From: Roseburia sp.
GTDB lineage: Bacteria > Bacillota > Clostridia > Lachnospirales > Lachnospiraceae
Assembly: GCA_051877675.1 (NCBI GenBank)
Contig: JBJEJC010000046.1
Span: 1,738-65,737 of the forward strand
DNA: 64,000 nt
Direction of reading: 5' to 3'
Shown here: piece after piece, positions 55,140 to 64,000 of the stretch
How the letters are laid out: each line of letters begins with the position of its first letter
Position numbering within the stretch: the first letter of the stretch is position 1
Translations under genes and position numbers: made by a program
Notes under the pieces: model-generated
The model's input: the letters and a program-made list of their open reading frames with translations, nothing else
Told to the model about the DNA's origin: nothing
Databases searched by the model: none

Positions 55140-56804
55140 TTATGCCGTGAAATCCACGGTGTTCCCCCGGTCCGCCATAATCTGCGCCACCAGGCTTTCT
55201 TCTTCGGTCATAAGCCCCGACAATTCGTCCAGATTATTCAGGTTAATATGCCGTGTACCTTTTGCAGCTTTCTCCTGTTCCTCTGCCTGCCGCTCATTCT
55301 CTTTTGCATTCTGTTCCAGATTGCGTTCAAACTCATGGCTTCCGACCGTCACTTCCACAGCCTCCACCTTGACACCTGCCTGGTTTAAATTCTGACGAAG
55401 TTCTGCCACCTGTGCTTCCAGAGCTTCCTTCGCCACCACATTCTGCGTCTGGATATGTGCGGATACCACACCATTCTTGCTGGTCACTTCAAGAAAGACC
55501 TTTCCAAGGTTTGCCGGATTTAATTCCAGCTCCATCGTGGTTCTGGTATTCGCTACCGTAAGCCTCGATGCCTCCACAATCTGACGGACGATATTCTGGA
55601 TATCAACCTGACCGGAAAATCCTGTTGTCTGTGTATTTCCCGTAGTCGTCACGCTGCTCTGTGAAAACGTATTCGCCACGGTGCTCTCCGGATGCCCCTG
55701 ACTCTGACTCTGACTCTGGCTCTGCCCTTGTTTTGTCTGGTTATGATTTACAGAATTCTCCTGTTTTGCAGCCCCAGCATTTTCCTTTACAAGCTCTGCC
55801 GGCTTTTCACCGTTATCGGTACCGCGCTGCAATTCCTCCGCATCCTCAGTCACCTGTTCTGCGTCTGGTTCCTCCGTTGCCGCGGTTTCCTCTAGTTCCT
55901 GCAGCTCTACTGTTTCTGTAATCTCAGACACCATATCCCGCGTTTCAGACGATTCAGACATTTGTCTTGTCTGACCTGATACAGATTCCGTCAACTGCTG
56001 ATTTTCATACGTCTCTGCTGTCTCCTCTGCCACGGGCTGCTGTACCGTCTGATTATCTGCCGGTTCTGCCGACTGTTGTACTGTCTGCGGTTTCTCCGCC
56101 AAAGCTGCCGAATTCTCTGTCAAAATGGGGGATTCCTGCTGTACCGGCTGTTCTGGCTGTTCTGTTTCTGTCATAACAGGTTCCATACCAGAAGACTCCA
56201 CATCAAACTCCTGTGACAATTCAAAAAGCGAAGCCAGTTCCTCTCTGGTTACTCCGAGTTTCTGCAAAAGAGCATCACTTAACGTATTGACTTCCTGCAT
56301 CACATTTAAGAATCCACTGTCACACAGCAAATCGCTGACTTCCTGCCCGGTAAGCTCTGCCACAAGCGCAGCCAGCTTGCTGGTATCCATCAGATCCACA
56401 GCCGTAAATCCCAGCGTCTCCATTGCTGTCACAAACTGTTCCTCGGTAATACCAAGTTCTTCCTTCAGTACATCCTTAACTTCTGTTTCGTAAGCGTCCA
56501 GTGTCTCTGTCGACTCATTCTGATCCAACTGCTTTGTCTGACTCTCCCGGCTTTTAATTTCCCTGTCCCGATAGGAATAGGTTTCATATTCTGCCACATT
56601 GCCGCCGTCATCCGTCATTCCCTGGCTTTCCGGTACGCTCCGGTTTTCCGAAAACAGCTCATTTCCAGGATTTGCAGTTATCTGATTTAAGAAATCCACA
56701 AACTGAATCTCTAAATCTTCTTCCTGTACACCTCCCACCATTTTTCCGGTCTGGGCTGTCGGTGTAAATGTCTTTCCAATGCCGGAAATATCTGTGCCTC
56801 CCAC
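55140..56804 (-). CDS. fliK: Flagellar hook-length control protein FliK
   Basis: Long acidic low-complexity body; C-terminal MELELNPANLGKV...L...L...G. Confidence 0.9.
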   Translation of the reverse strand: MGGTDISGIGKTFTPTAQTGKMVGGVQEEDLEIQFVDFLNQITANPGNELFSENRSVPESQGMTDDGGNVAEYETYSYRDREIKSRESQTKQLDQNESTETLDAYETEVKDVLKEELGITEEQFVTAMETLGFTAVDLMDTSKLAALVAELTGQEVSDLLCDSGFLNVMQEVNTLSDALLQKLGVTREELASLFELSQEFDVESSGMEPVMTETEQPEQPVQQESPILTENSAALAEKPQTVQQSAEPADNQTVQQPVAEETAETYENQQLTESVSGQTRQMSESSETRDMVSEITETVELQELEETAATEEPDAEQVTEDAEELQRGTDNGEKPAELVKENAGAAKQENSVNHNQTKQGQSQSQSQSQGHPESTVANTFSQSSVTTTGNTQTTGFSGQVDIQNIVRQIVEASRLTVANTRTTMELELNPANLGKVFLEVTSKNGVVSAHIQTQNVVAKEALEAQVAELRQNLNQAGVKVEAVEVTVGSHEFERNLEQNAKENERQAEEQEKAAKGTRHINLNNLDELSGLMTEEESLVAQIMADRGNTVDFTA

Positions 56805-56853
56805 GTATTCTCCTCCTTTCTTTCAGTCAATCACATGACCGGATATTTATATT

Positions 56854-57681
56854 CTAAGGCTCCATGATTTCAGTGACCTTTGCTGCGGTCTCTGAGTTCA
56901 TTTTGCCAAGAATATCAGCTCTCGACTGTGCATCCATATTTTTCAGAATGCGCGCTACCAGCTTGAGGTTATCCGTCATTGTATCAAAAATGGCGGCTGC
57001 CTCCTTCGGCTTCATGGAGGAATAAGCCTTCACATATTCTTCCACATCCTCCTCATCTGCCCTCTGTTCTACTACCTGTTTATATAAAACTTCTGCATTG
57101 GCAGGGTCAATTCCCTCATAAAACTTCTGATATTCTTCTATATCGGGTGCTTCATCTGAAAAAACAACCTCCTCATAAAATTGTTCCTTCAGTGCTTCAA
57201 ACTCAGCCTCATCCTGCTTATACCGCTGCAGTTCCTGTGCCTGGGCTTCCAGTTGGGCAATGTAGTCCGCATTCTCGGAAGCCGAGTTCTGTGCCTCCGC
57301 CAACTGTAATTCCAGCGATTTTATCTGCTCCAGCGCTTCATCCAGAGAACTATAGGGACTTTCTTCTGTTGAAAGCTCATCCTCCGGCAGTTCCGGAAGA
57401 ATTTTATTTACATAAGGAACATCCTTTAGCAGCGGGCGCAGCACGGTAGAGCCAAAACCGCCTACATCCCATTTAATCAGAAGAACAATGATTGCCAGCC
57501 AGATAATAATGATGATCAATGTGACAAAAAATACCGCAATCTTACTTCCGACTGTTTCTTCCTCCATATCGAGATCATCCGCATTGCCCTTTGCTTTCTT
57601 CTTCTCCGCCTTTTTTCTCTCTTTTTCCGCCTTCTTCGCTGCCTTCTTATCTAAAACTTCTTCCTCTTTTTCTTCTGCCAT
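56854..57681 (-). CDS. MotE/YlxF-like flagellar protein (MgtE_N-type C-terminus)
   Basis: TM helix, coiled coil and YSSMKPKEAAAIF...IL..M....RADILGKM....AA. Confidence 0.8.
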   Translation of the reverse strand: MAEEKEEEVLDKKAAKKAEKERKKAEKKKAKGNADDLDMEEETVGSKIAVFFVTLIIIIIWLAIIVLLIKWDVGGFGSTVLRPLLKDVPYVNKILPELPEDELSTEESPYSSLDEALEQIKSLELQLAEAQNSASENADYIAQLEAQAQELQRYKQDEAEFEALKEQFYEEVVFSDEAPDIEEYQKFYEGIDPANAEVLYKQVVEQRADEEDVEEYVKAYSSMKPKEAAAIFDTMTDNLKLVARILKNMDAQSRADILGKMNSETAAKVTEIMEP

Positions 57682-57707
57682 ATTCTCACAATCCTCCTAT
57701 GCCGTAT

Positions 57708-58157
57708 TTACGCCTTCCCGCCCTCGTGGTAGGTATAACTGACCAGTTCGTCTATCTCTTTTCCCTCCGCATAGGCTACTTCCTGTTTAAACTCTTCAAA
57801 TGCTTTTTCACGCAGTTTCTCGTGGGTCTTTCGCTCCACCATCACTTCGTTCAATCTGACACGTGCCATTTCCACATCTTTTTCCGCTGCGTGCACGTTC
57901 ATCATCTGAGTTCTCTGGAGACTTTTCATGGTATCAATTGCACGCTTGCATTCCCGGATATCCTGCACGCAGATTTTCCCGCTTACCAGCTCTTTTGCTT
58001 TTCTCTCATAGCCTGCCCTGCGCATCATAATTTCCTGCAGTTTTTTCTGTTCCTCTGCAAGCTTTGCATTTGCAAGTCCGTAAGCAATCTTTGCCTGACT
58101 TTCCATTTTAACTTTGATATCCAAAATGCTCTGCATCCGGTAAGTAAACTTTGCCAT
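57708..58157 (-). CDS. fliJ: Flagellar export protein FliJ
   Basis: MAKFTYRMQSILD, ERK..EKLREK and E.KEIDE; follows fliI. Confidence 0.92.
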   Translation of the reverse strand: MAKFTYRMQSILDIKVKMESQAKIAYGLANAKLAEEQKKLQEIMMRRAGYERKAKELVSGKICVQDIRECKRAIDTMKSLQRTQMMNVHAAEKDVEMARVRLNEVMVERKTHEKLREKAFEEFKQEVAYAEGKEIDELVSYTYHEGGKA

Positions 58158-58175
58158 CTCTCACTGCCTCCAGAA

Positions 58176-59486
58176 TCAGTCTGCAAACAAGCTTCGAAGC
58201 ATTCCGATTTCTTCTTCAAAGTTGAATTTCTCGTCTGTTCTCTGCATCAGAAATTCGTTTACCGCATTTATTTTCTGAATTGCATAATCAATTTCACGGT
58301 TAGAGCCATTCTTGTAGGCTCCGATATTAATCAAATCCTCTGCCTCGTTGTAGGTTGCCAGCACATTTTTCAGTTTTCCCGCCAGTTCCTTGTGTTCACT
58401 GGTGGCAATGGCACTCATGACACGGGAAATGCTCTGCAGGATATCAATCGCCGGATAATGATTTTTATGCCCCAGTTTTCTGGAAAGCACAATATGTCCG
58501 TCCAGAATGCTTCGCGCCGTATCGGTAATCGGCTCATTAAAATCATCTCCATCTACCAATACGGTATATAACCCGGTAATGGAGCCTACCGAAGATGTTC
58601 CCGCCCGCTCCAGAAGTTTTGGCATCTCCGAATACACGCTGGGCGGATAGCCTCTCGTCACCGGAGGTTCTCCGGATGCCAGTCCGATTTCTCTCTGTGC
58701 CATGGAAAAACGGGTCAGGGAATCCATCATCAAAAGAACATCCTTCCCCTGATCTCTGAAATATTCTGCAATCGCCGTAGCCGTTTTGGCTGCGGTACGC
58801 CGAATCAATGCCGGTTTATCGGAGGTTGCCACCACGACAATAGAACGTTTCATACCTTCCTCGCCCAAATCGCGTTCCACGAATTCCCGCACCTCACGTC
58901 CACGCTCACCAATCAGAGCGATTACATTAATATCCGCCTTTGTATTGCGGGCAAACATACCAAGCAGGGTACTTTTTCCAACACCGGATCCGGCAAAAAT
59001 ACCGATTCGTTGTCCCTTGCCGACTGTAATAAGACCGTCCACCGCTTTTACTCCCAGCGGAAGCACCTCATCAATCATTTTGCGTGACATGGGATCCGGC
59101 GGTGGTGCATCTACCGGATACTGCCTGCCAAGCTGTAACACAGCTCCATCCGTAGGTCTTCCGATACCGTCCAGCGTATGTCCCAGCAATTGTTCTCCCA
59201 CCTCAATTGCCAATGGATGCCCTGTATTTTCCACGAGGCATCCCACACCGATTCCTTCCACATTCTCAAAGGGCATCAGAAGCAGTCTCTTATCACGAAA
59301 GCCAACCACCTCTGCCATGGCTGAGATTCCTCTGTCCCTGTCAATCATGATCCGGCACAAATCTCCCAGCTTGGCACTCGGTCCCACGGATTCAATTGTA
59401 AGTCCAACAATCTTCACTACTTTTCCAAGATGGTTAAAATAGGTCCTCTCAGAAAGCGAAAGATATTTGTCAAATTCCTGTGTCAT
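58176..59486 (-). CDS. fliI: Flagellar export ATPase FliI
   Basis: GIFAGSGVGKST, GERGREV, MDSLTRF, GYPPSV, LDGHIVL. Confidence 0.98.
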   Translation of the reverse strand: MTQEFDKYLSLSERTYFNHLGKVVKIVGLTIESVGPSAKLGDLCRIMIDRDRGISAMAEVVGFRDKRLLLMPFENVEGIGVGCLVENTGHPLAIEVGEQLLGHTLDGIGRPTDGAVLQLGRQYPVDAPPPDPMSRKMIDEVLPLGVKAVDGLITVGKGQRIGIFAGSGVGKSTLLGMFARNTKADINVIALIGERGREVREFVERDLGEEGMKRSIVVVATSDKPALIRRTAAKTATAIAEYFRDQGKDVLLMMDSLTRFSMAQREIGLASGEPPVTRGYPPSVYSEMPKLLERAGTSSVGSITGLYTVLVDGDDFNEPITDTARSILDGHIVLSRKLGHKNHYPAIDILQSISRVMSAIATSEHKELAGKLKNVLATYNEAEDLINIGAYKNGSNREIDYAIQKINAVNEFLMQRTDEKFNFEEEIGMLRSLFAD

Positions 59487-59535
59487 TCTGCCCCACCACG
59501 TCTACCTGTTCTATAAACACAAATCTTCCATTATC

Positions 59536-60342
59536 TTATAGGCAAAGCGCTTTCATCGCTTTTATAAGGTTGTCAAGCTGTGTTCCCAAACCGCATTCGA
59601 AAATACCGGAATCCGTCTCTATTACACAGTCGTCTGCTCCCAATGAGGGATCCACTGCTATTTCCAGCTCCGCATCATGCCCCACATGGTCTAAGATATC
59701 GGTCTTATGTTCTTCCACATATGCGACATTTGCCTCCGCCACCCTGATACGGAATTTTTTTTCCCCTTCAATATGTAAAATTGCATCATCTATCAGATGC
59801 AGGAGGATGTCCTTCTGTCCGTCAAACTGAACATGAAACACCTGTTCCACCACATGTAGAATCACCTCCAGCAGTTCCCGTTCCATGCCGCTACGCTTTA
59901 TCTCGTACTCCTGCTCAAGATCTTTCGTCCGGTTCTCATGTTCCTTCTGAAGCCGCTCCTGCAACTCGTCCAGTTCCATCATCCGTTTCTGGGCACCTGT
60001 CTCGTAGCCCTCCTTCTCTGCCTGCGTCCGAATCATTTCCACACGGTTTTCTGCTTCCGCCTGTAATGCCATTGCCTGAGCCCTGGCTTCCGCCACAATG
60101 CGTTCTGCTTCTTCCTTTGCATTCTGGATATAGTCTGTTTCCAGTTCCTCGCTGAGGATATCCACTGTTGCGCTCCCCGGAATTCCTTCCACAAATCCTT
60201 CCGGTCTCTCCCTGGGAATCTCCGATGTTCTCTGGGCAAGTCTGCTCTTTTCCAAATGCTCTGCCATAATCGCATTAGAATCAATTACACGTGCCTCTGT
60301 AGCCTCTGTTTTGACAAACCAGGGTTTATAAAGATTAGACAA
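59536..60342 (-). CDS. fliH: Flagellar assembly protein FliH
   Basis: AxxEA repeats, EGY..G and C-terminal DPSL...C.IET.SG. A TTG start at 60342 fits the GGAGG RBS; GTG 60354 is the alternative. Confidence 0.88.
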   Translation of the reverse strand: MSNLYKPWFVKTEATEARVIDSNAIMAEHLEKSRLAQRTSEIPRERPEGFVEGIPGSATVDILSEELETDYIQNAKEEAERIVAEARAQAMALQAEAENRVEMIRTQAEKEGYETGAQKRMMELDELQERLQKEHENRTKDLEQEYEIKRSGMERELLEVILHVVEQVFHVQFDGQKDILLHLIDDAILHIEGEKKFRIRVAEANVAYVEEHKTDILDHVGHDAELEIAVDPSLGADDCVIETDSGIFECGLGTQLDNLIKAMKALCL

Positions 60343-61348
60343 CGATCTCGTCACCTCCGCCTCTGGAGATTACAATCTCACCAGCATCCTCAAGTTTACG
60401 GATTACACTTACTATCTTCTGCTGTGCCTCTTCTACATCTTTCATACGTACCGGTCCCATAAATTCCATATCTTCCTTAATCATGGCTGCCAGACGTTTC
60501 GAGAGATTCTTAAAGATGACATTCTGTACTTCCTCATTCGCTGACTTAAGTGCCACTCCAAGATCTGCATTATCCACATCTCGAAGTACTCGCTGAATCG
60601 CACGGTCATCAAGCAGCAGAATATCTTCGAATACAAACATTTTCTTCCGGATCTCGTCTGCCAATTCCGGCTCTTCGATTTCCAGGGATTCCATAATATG
60701 TTTCTCGGTAGAACGGTCTACCGTATTCAGGATATTTACCACTGCGTCTACGCCGCCCACAATGGTGTAATCCTGATTGACCAGAGAAGAAAGCTTGCGT
60801 TCCAGCACACGCTCCACTTCTTTGATTACATCCGGTGAAGTGCGATCCATCATGGCAATACGCTTTGCCACATCTGCCTGTTTCTCCGGTGGCAATGCAC
60901 TCAAAACCACAGATGCCTGATTCGAAGACAGATAAGACAAAATCATCGCAATTGTCTGTGGATGTTCGTCCTGAATAAAGTTCAAAAGCTGGCTCGGATC
61001 CGTCTTCCGCACAAATTCGAAAGGACGCACCTGCAAAGAGGCTGTAAGTTTGGAAATGACTTCCTGCGCCTTCTCATTGCCCAATGCCTTATCCAAAAGT
61101 TCCTTCGCATAGCCAATACCACCCTCTGCGATATACTTCTGCGCCAGACAGATCTGATAGAACTCGTTTAACACATCTTCCTTCACCTGAGGCGACACAC
61201 TTCTGGTATTGGCAATCTCAAGTGTTAATTCCTCTATCTCGTCTTCCTTCAAATGTTTGAATACATCCGCGGACCGCTCAGGTCCCAATGCAATCAGCAG
61301 AATCGCTGCTTTCTGTATTCCGCTGTATCCGTCTGTAGTCGTCGCCAT
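60335..61348 (-). CDS. fliG: Flagellar motor switch protein FliG
   Basis: KAAILL, EHPQTIA, GG, MFVFED, GPVR..DVEEAQ. Confidence 0.98.
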   Translation of the reverse strand: MATTTDGYSGIQKAAILLIALGPERSADVFKHLKEDEIEELTLEIANTRSVSPQVKEDVLNEFYQICLAQKYIAEGGIGYAKELLDKALGNEKAQEVISKLTASLQVRPFEFVRKTDPSQLLNFIQDEHPQTIAMILSYLSSNQASVVLSALPPEKQADVAKRIAMMDRTSPDVIKEVERVLERKLSSLVNQDYTIVGGVDAVVNILNTVDRSTEKHIMESLEIEEPELADEIRKKMFVFEDILLLDDRAIQRVLRDVDNADLGVALKSANEEVQNVIFKNLSKRLAAMIKEDMEFMGPVRMKDVEEAQQKIVSVIRKLEDAGEIVISRGGGDEIVV

Positions 61349-61355
61349 ACGTCAG

Positions 61356-62960
61356 TTACTCCCATTCATCACTCAGCCAGTTGCGCAGTAAAGCTGCCGC
61401 AGCCTCCGGGTTTTCTTCTACAAATTTTTCAATGAGGAGCCGTACCTCCGACTTCTCACTGTAACCTATATCTGCCAGATTATCCTCCTGGTTCTCCTTC
61501 GTAGACTCCAGCAGGCTTTCCACAGAAAGTTCTTCCTCCATCTCCGGCACTTTTTCCTTTCTGGTACTGCGGAACACCACATATCCCAGAAGAAGGAATA
61601 CCAGAACTGCAAGAATAATCTGCATATAATCAGACCAACTCCGTCCGCCGGAAGAATACTGGAAAAGCGGCTTTTCATAAGCGATAATCGTAATATTATC
61701 CTCCGAAAAACCGGTAGCATTCGCAACCATGGTATAATAATCCGGGTCCACGTCCACCCTTACCGGATCACCGTTTGCCGCCTCATACTCTTCAAACGTC
61801 ATGTTATCCAGCGCACCGGAAGCCCTTAAGATATCTTCTTTATAGACCACATAACGGGTCAGCATCAGTGAAATGGTAGACGAATCATAATTGATGGTTC
61901 CCACACCGCTGGTCTCATTGGTAATGCGTTCATTATTCTGGTAATTGATGGTACTGTCGGAAACTGTGGAATGTGTATACTCATTATCCTGTATCACATA
62001 TGTTGTATTATCTCCGTTACTGTCGGTTCCGGGTTCCGCAGCCGCTCCGCCCTCTGACTCTGACTCATAGGTACTCTGACTTCCGATCATACCATTGGTC
62101 TGTCCATCCGGCGCATAATATTCATGAGTCGCCACACTTTTTGCATCGAAATTCATATCCAGATTCATGGCAATCTCCACACCTTCAAACATGGAAGAAC
62201 TTGTGATGACGCTGCGCACCTCGCTCTTGATGGAGCTTTCCAGCTTACTTCTTAAGGAATACTGGCTGCTTGCCGTTCCAATCGTGCTGTCCTCACTGCC
62301 GCCAATAAAAAGGGCATTGGAATCCGAATCAAGAATTGTAATCTTATCTGTGCTGGAATTTCCCACCTCGGTAGCAATATACTGGGCTACCGTTGCCGCC
62401 TGCTCCTCTGTCATCTCTCCGGACAGAGTGAGTATAACTGCTGCAGAGGTCTCTTGGTCTCTGGCAAGAATTGTTCCGTCATCTGCCGGGATATCCAGAT
62501 TCACAGTAGCACTCTCCACATTCGAAAGTCCTTCCAGACGGTCAGCAAAGCGTTCCTCAAGATAAAGCCGATAAAGCTTGGTCTTATCCGCCTCCGTGGA
62601 ACTGAAGCCACCACTGGTTACATTAGAAATATCATACCCTGTGGTCGGAATACTGTTACTTCCCAGAAGGATTTCTGCATCTGCCAGATTTTTCGCATCT
62701 ACTTTAAATACGAGTCCATCCTGTGACAGTTCGTAATCAATTCCCTCGTCTGTTAAAAGCGTCTTTACCTCTCCTGCCTGTTTGGTGTCCTCACAGGTAA
62801 TCAGAGTCACCATATTGGGCTGGCTCATTACAGCAGCCAGAATCACCAATGCTATCACAATAACCGCCACAATACTAATCAGAAGGGCTTTCTGCTTTGT
62901 ATTAAACTTTTTCCACCAGTCAAGTGCCTGGTTTCCTATTTTCTGCAACTGTTCCGGCAT
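61356..62960 (-). CDS. fliF: Flagellar M-ring protein FliF
   Basis: Two TM helices, VESATVNL.IP, AAVIL, PGTDSN and NPE.AA.LLRNWL. Confidence 0.93.
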   Translation of the reverse strand: MPEQLQKIGNQALDWWKKFNTKQKALLISIVAVIVIALVILAAVMSQPNMVTLITCEDTKQAGEVKTLLTDEGIDYELSQDGLVFKVDAKNLADAEILLGSNSIPTTGYDISNVTSGGFSSTEADKTKLYRLYLEERFADRLEGLSNVESATVNLDIPADDGTILARDQETSAAVILTLSGEMTEEQAATVAQYIATEVGNSSTDKITILDSDSNALFIGGSEDSTIGTASSQYSLRSKLESSIKSEVRSVITSSSMFEGVEIAMNLDMNFDAKSVATHEYYAPDGQTNGMIGSQSTYESESEGGAAAEPGTDSNGDNTTYVIQDNEYTHSTVSDSTINYQNNERITNETSGVGTINYDSSTISLMLTRYVVYKEDILRASGALDNMTFEEYEAANGDPVRVDVDPDYYTMVANATGFSEDNITIIAYEKPLFQYSSGGRSWSDYMQIILAVLVFLLLGYVVFRSTRKEKVPEMEEELSVESLLESTKENQEDNLADIGYSEKSEVRLLIEKFVEENPEAAAALLRNWLSDEWE

Positions 62961-62979
62961 TTTTCCTTACTCCATTCAT

Positions 62980-63294
62980 TTAGATCTGCATATTCATAAT
63001 TTCTTTGTATGCATCCAGCATCTTGTCCCTGATCGCCACCGTGTATTGCAGCGCAGTAAGTGCCTTGGATGCCGCAATCTGCATATCGTGCGGGTTGTCC
63101 GCCTCGCCCAGAGCAAATTTGATTTTCTCTGACTGTGCATCGTTCTGCAGATCATTTGTTTCATTCAGCATATCCATGGTTGCCGAAAGTACTGCCTGGA
63201 AGCTCGTGTCCTCCACCTTCTGTGTAAGCTTATTGTATTGTTCTACCGTATTCTGGTACTCCGCCATGATGCCATTCATAGAAGCGATATCCAT
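62980..63294 (-). CDS. fliE: Flagellar hook-basal body protein FliE
   Basis: HDMQIA..KA..ALQ....IRDK...AYKEIMNMQI. Confidence 0.94.
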   Translation of the reverse strand: MDIASMNGIMAEYQNTVEQYNKLTQKVEDTSFQAVLSATMDMLNETNDLQNDAQSEKIKFALGEADNPHDMQIAASKALTALQYTVAIRDKMLDAYKEIMNMQI

Positions 63295-63320
63295 ATCCTG
63301 TTCCCCTCTTTTTTATCCTG

Positions 63321-63761
63321 TTACTGTCCGATCTTCAACGCCGCCTGAACCATACTCTTGCTGGCATTAAACGCCGTGGTATTAGCTTCATACGCTCTGG
63401 ACGCATCAATCAGGTTCGTCATTTCAGTCACTGTGTTTACATTGGGATAGGAAACATATCCGTTCTCATCCGCATCCGGATGGGTAGGATCGTATTCCAT
63501 AATAAAATCCGTATCCATATCTTCATGTACGGAAGTTACCTTGACACCATTTCCCACCGCTCTGGCTCTCGCCGACTGATAATACTGGGTAAAGGGTGTC
63601 ACTGTCTTCTCGGCAAATGTAACCACCTTTCTGCGATACGGAGTTCCATCCTCTGTCCGGGTGGTGTTGATATTTGCAATATTCTCTGCGATGGTGTCCA
63701 TACGGAACCGCTCAGCGGTCATGCCGCTGGCACTGATATTAAACGCCTGAAATAATCCCAT
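63321..63761 (-). CDS. flgC: Flagellar basal-body rod protein FlgC
   Basis: ISASGMTAER.RMD.IAENIAN, PYRRK, YDPTHPDAD..GYV.YPNVN, RAYEAN. Confidence 0.97.
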   Translation of the reverse strand: MGLFQAFNISASGMTAERFRMDTIAENIANINTTRTEDGTPYRRKVVTFAEKTVTPFTQYYQSARARAVGNGVKVTSVHEDMDTDFIMEYDPTHPDADENGYVSYPNVNTVTEMTNLIDASRAYEANTTAFNASKSMVQAALKIGQ

Positions 63762-63771
63762 CTTCCGCCTC

Positions 63772-64000
63772 CTACTTCAATACTGCTTTCATCCGGGTAA
63801 ATTCTTCGTTGATTGCTGTGGTAAGCAATTCATACCGTAGCTGTTCGGATGCCAGCTCCACGTTCTCCGTGTCCACATCCACGTTATTCCTATCAAGTCG
63901 GTATGAATAATTAGCCGAATCCGTATAGCTCGAAACCGTAAGACCACTCAAATCCCCATTCAGCCCACGGATTTTCTTATCCAGGGTCTCGTATTTGGAA
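63772..64000 (-). CDS. flgB: Flagellar basal-body rod protein FlgB (5' part outside the window)
   Basis: Translated by hand: ...SANYSYRLDRNNVDVDTENVELASEQLRYELL...MKAVLK*. Contains the RxDxNNVD motif and lies directly upstream of flgC. Confidence 0.9.
   Translation of the reverse strand, partial: SKYETLDKKIRGLNGDLSGLTVSSYTDSANYSYRLDRNNVDVDTENVELASEQLRYELLTTAINEEFTRMKAVLK

Overview
A 64 kb chromosomal segment from a motile, PolC-containing Firmicute. Gene order and protein style suggest Lachnospiraceae (inference). Almost all genes lie on the minus strand. From right to left there are five blocks. (1) The large flgB-fliA flagellar/chemotaxis cluster (flgBC fliEFGHIJ, MotE-like, fliK flgD, TIGR02530-like, flgE, motAB fliLMY cheY fliOPQR flhBAFG, PilZ brake, cheBAWCD, fliA). 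(2) rpsB-tsf. (3) A discrete seven-gene cassette at about 21.7-28.8 kb encoding a transglutaminase-like membrane protein, an aspartate racemase, a stand-alone adenylation enzyme, a carrier protein, an MBOAT with a fused C-terminal FIYNQF shuttle motif, an SGNH/DltD-like protein with Cys in place of the Ser nucleophile, and a lipoprotein. It looks like a Dlt-type pathway re-purposed to export D-aspartate onto a cell-envelope acceptor and is the most interesting feature of the window. (4) A degenerate polysaccharide deacetylase and a bactofilin, then the core pyrH-frr-uppS-cdsA-dxr-rseP-ispG-polC block. (5) pheA-ppx-ppk1-Cof hydrolase, a PHP protein, an orphan cheW and a truncated lipoprotein gene. 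I saw no rRNA, tRNA, CRISPR array, transposase or integrase. Motif comparisons were made by eye and from memory of the families; no searches were run.
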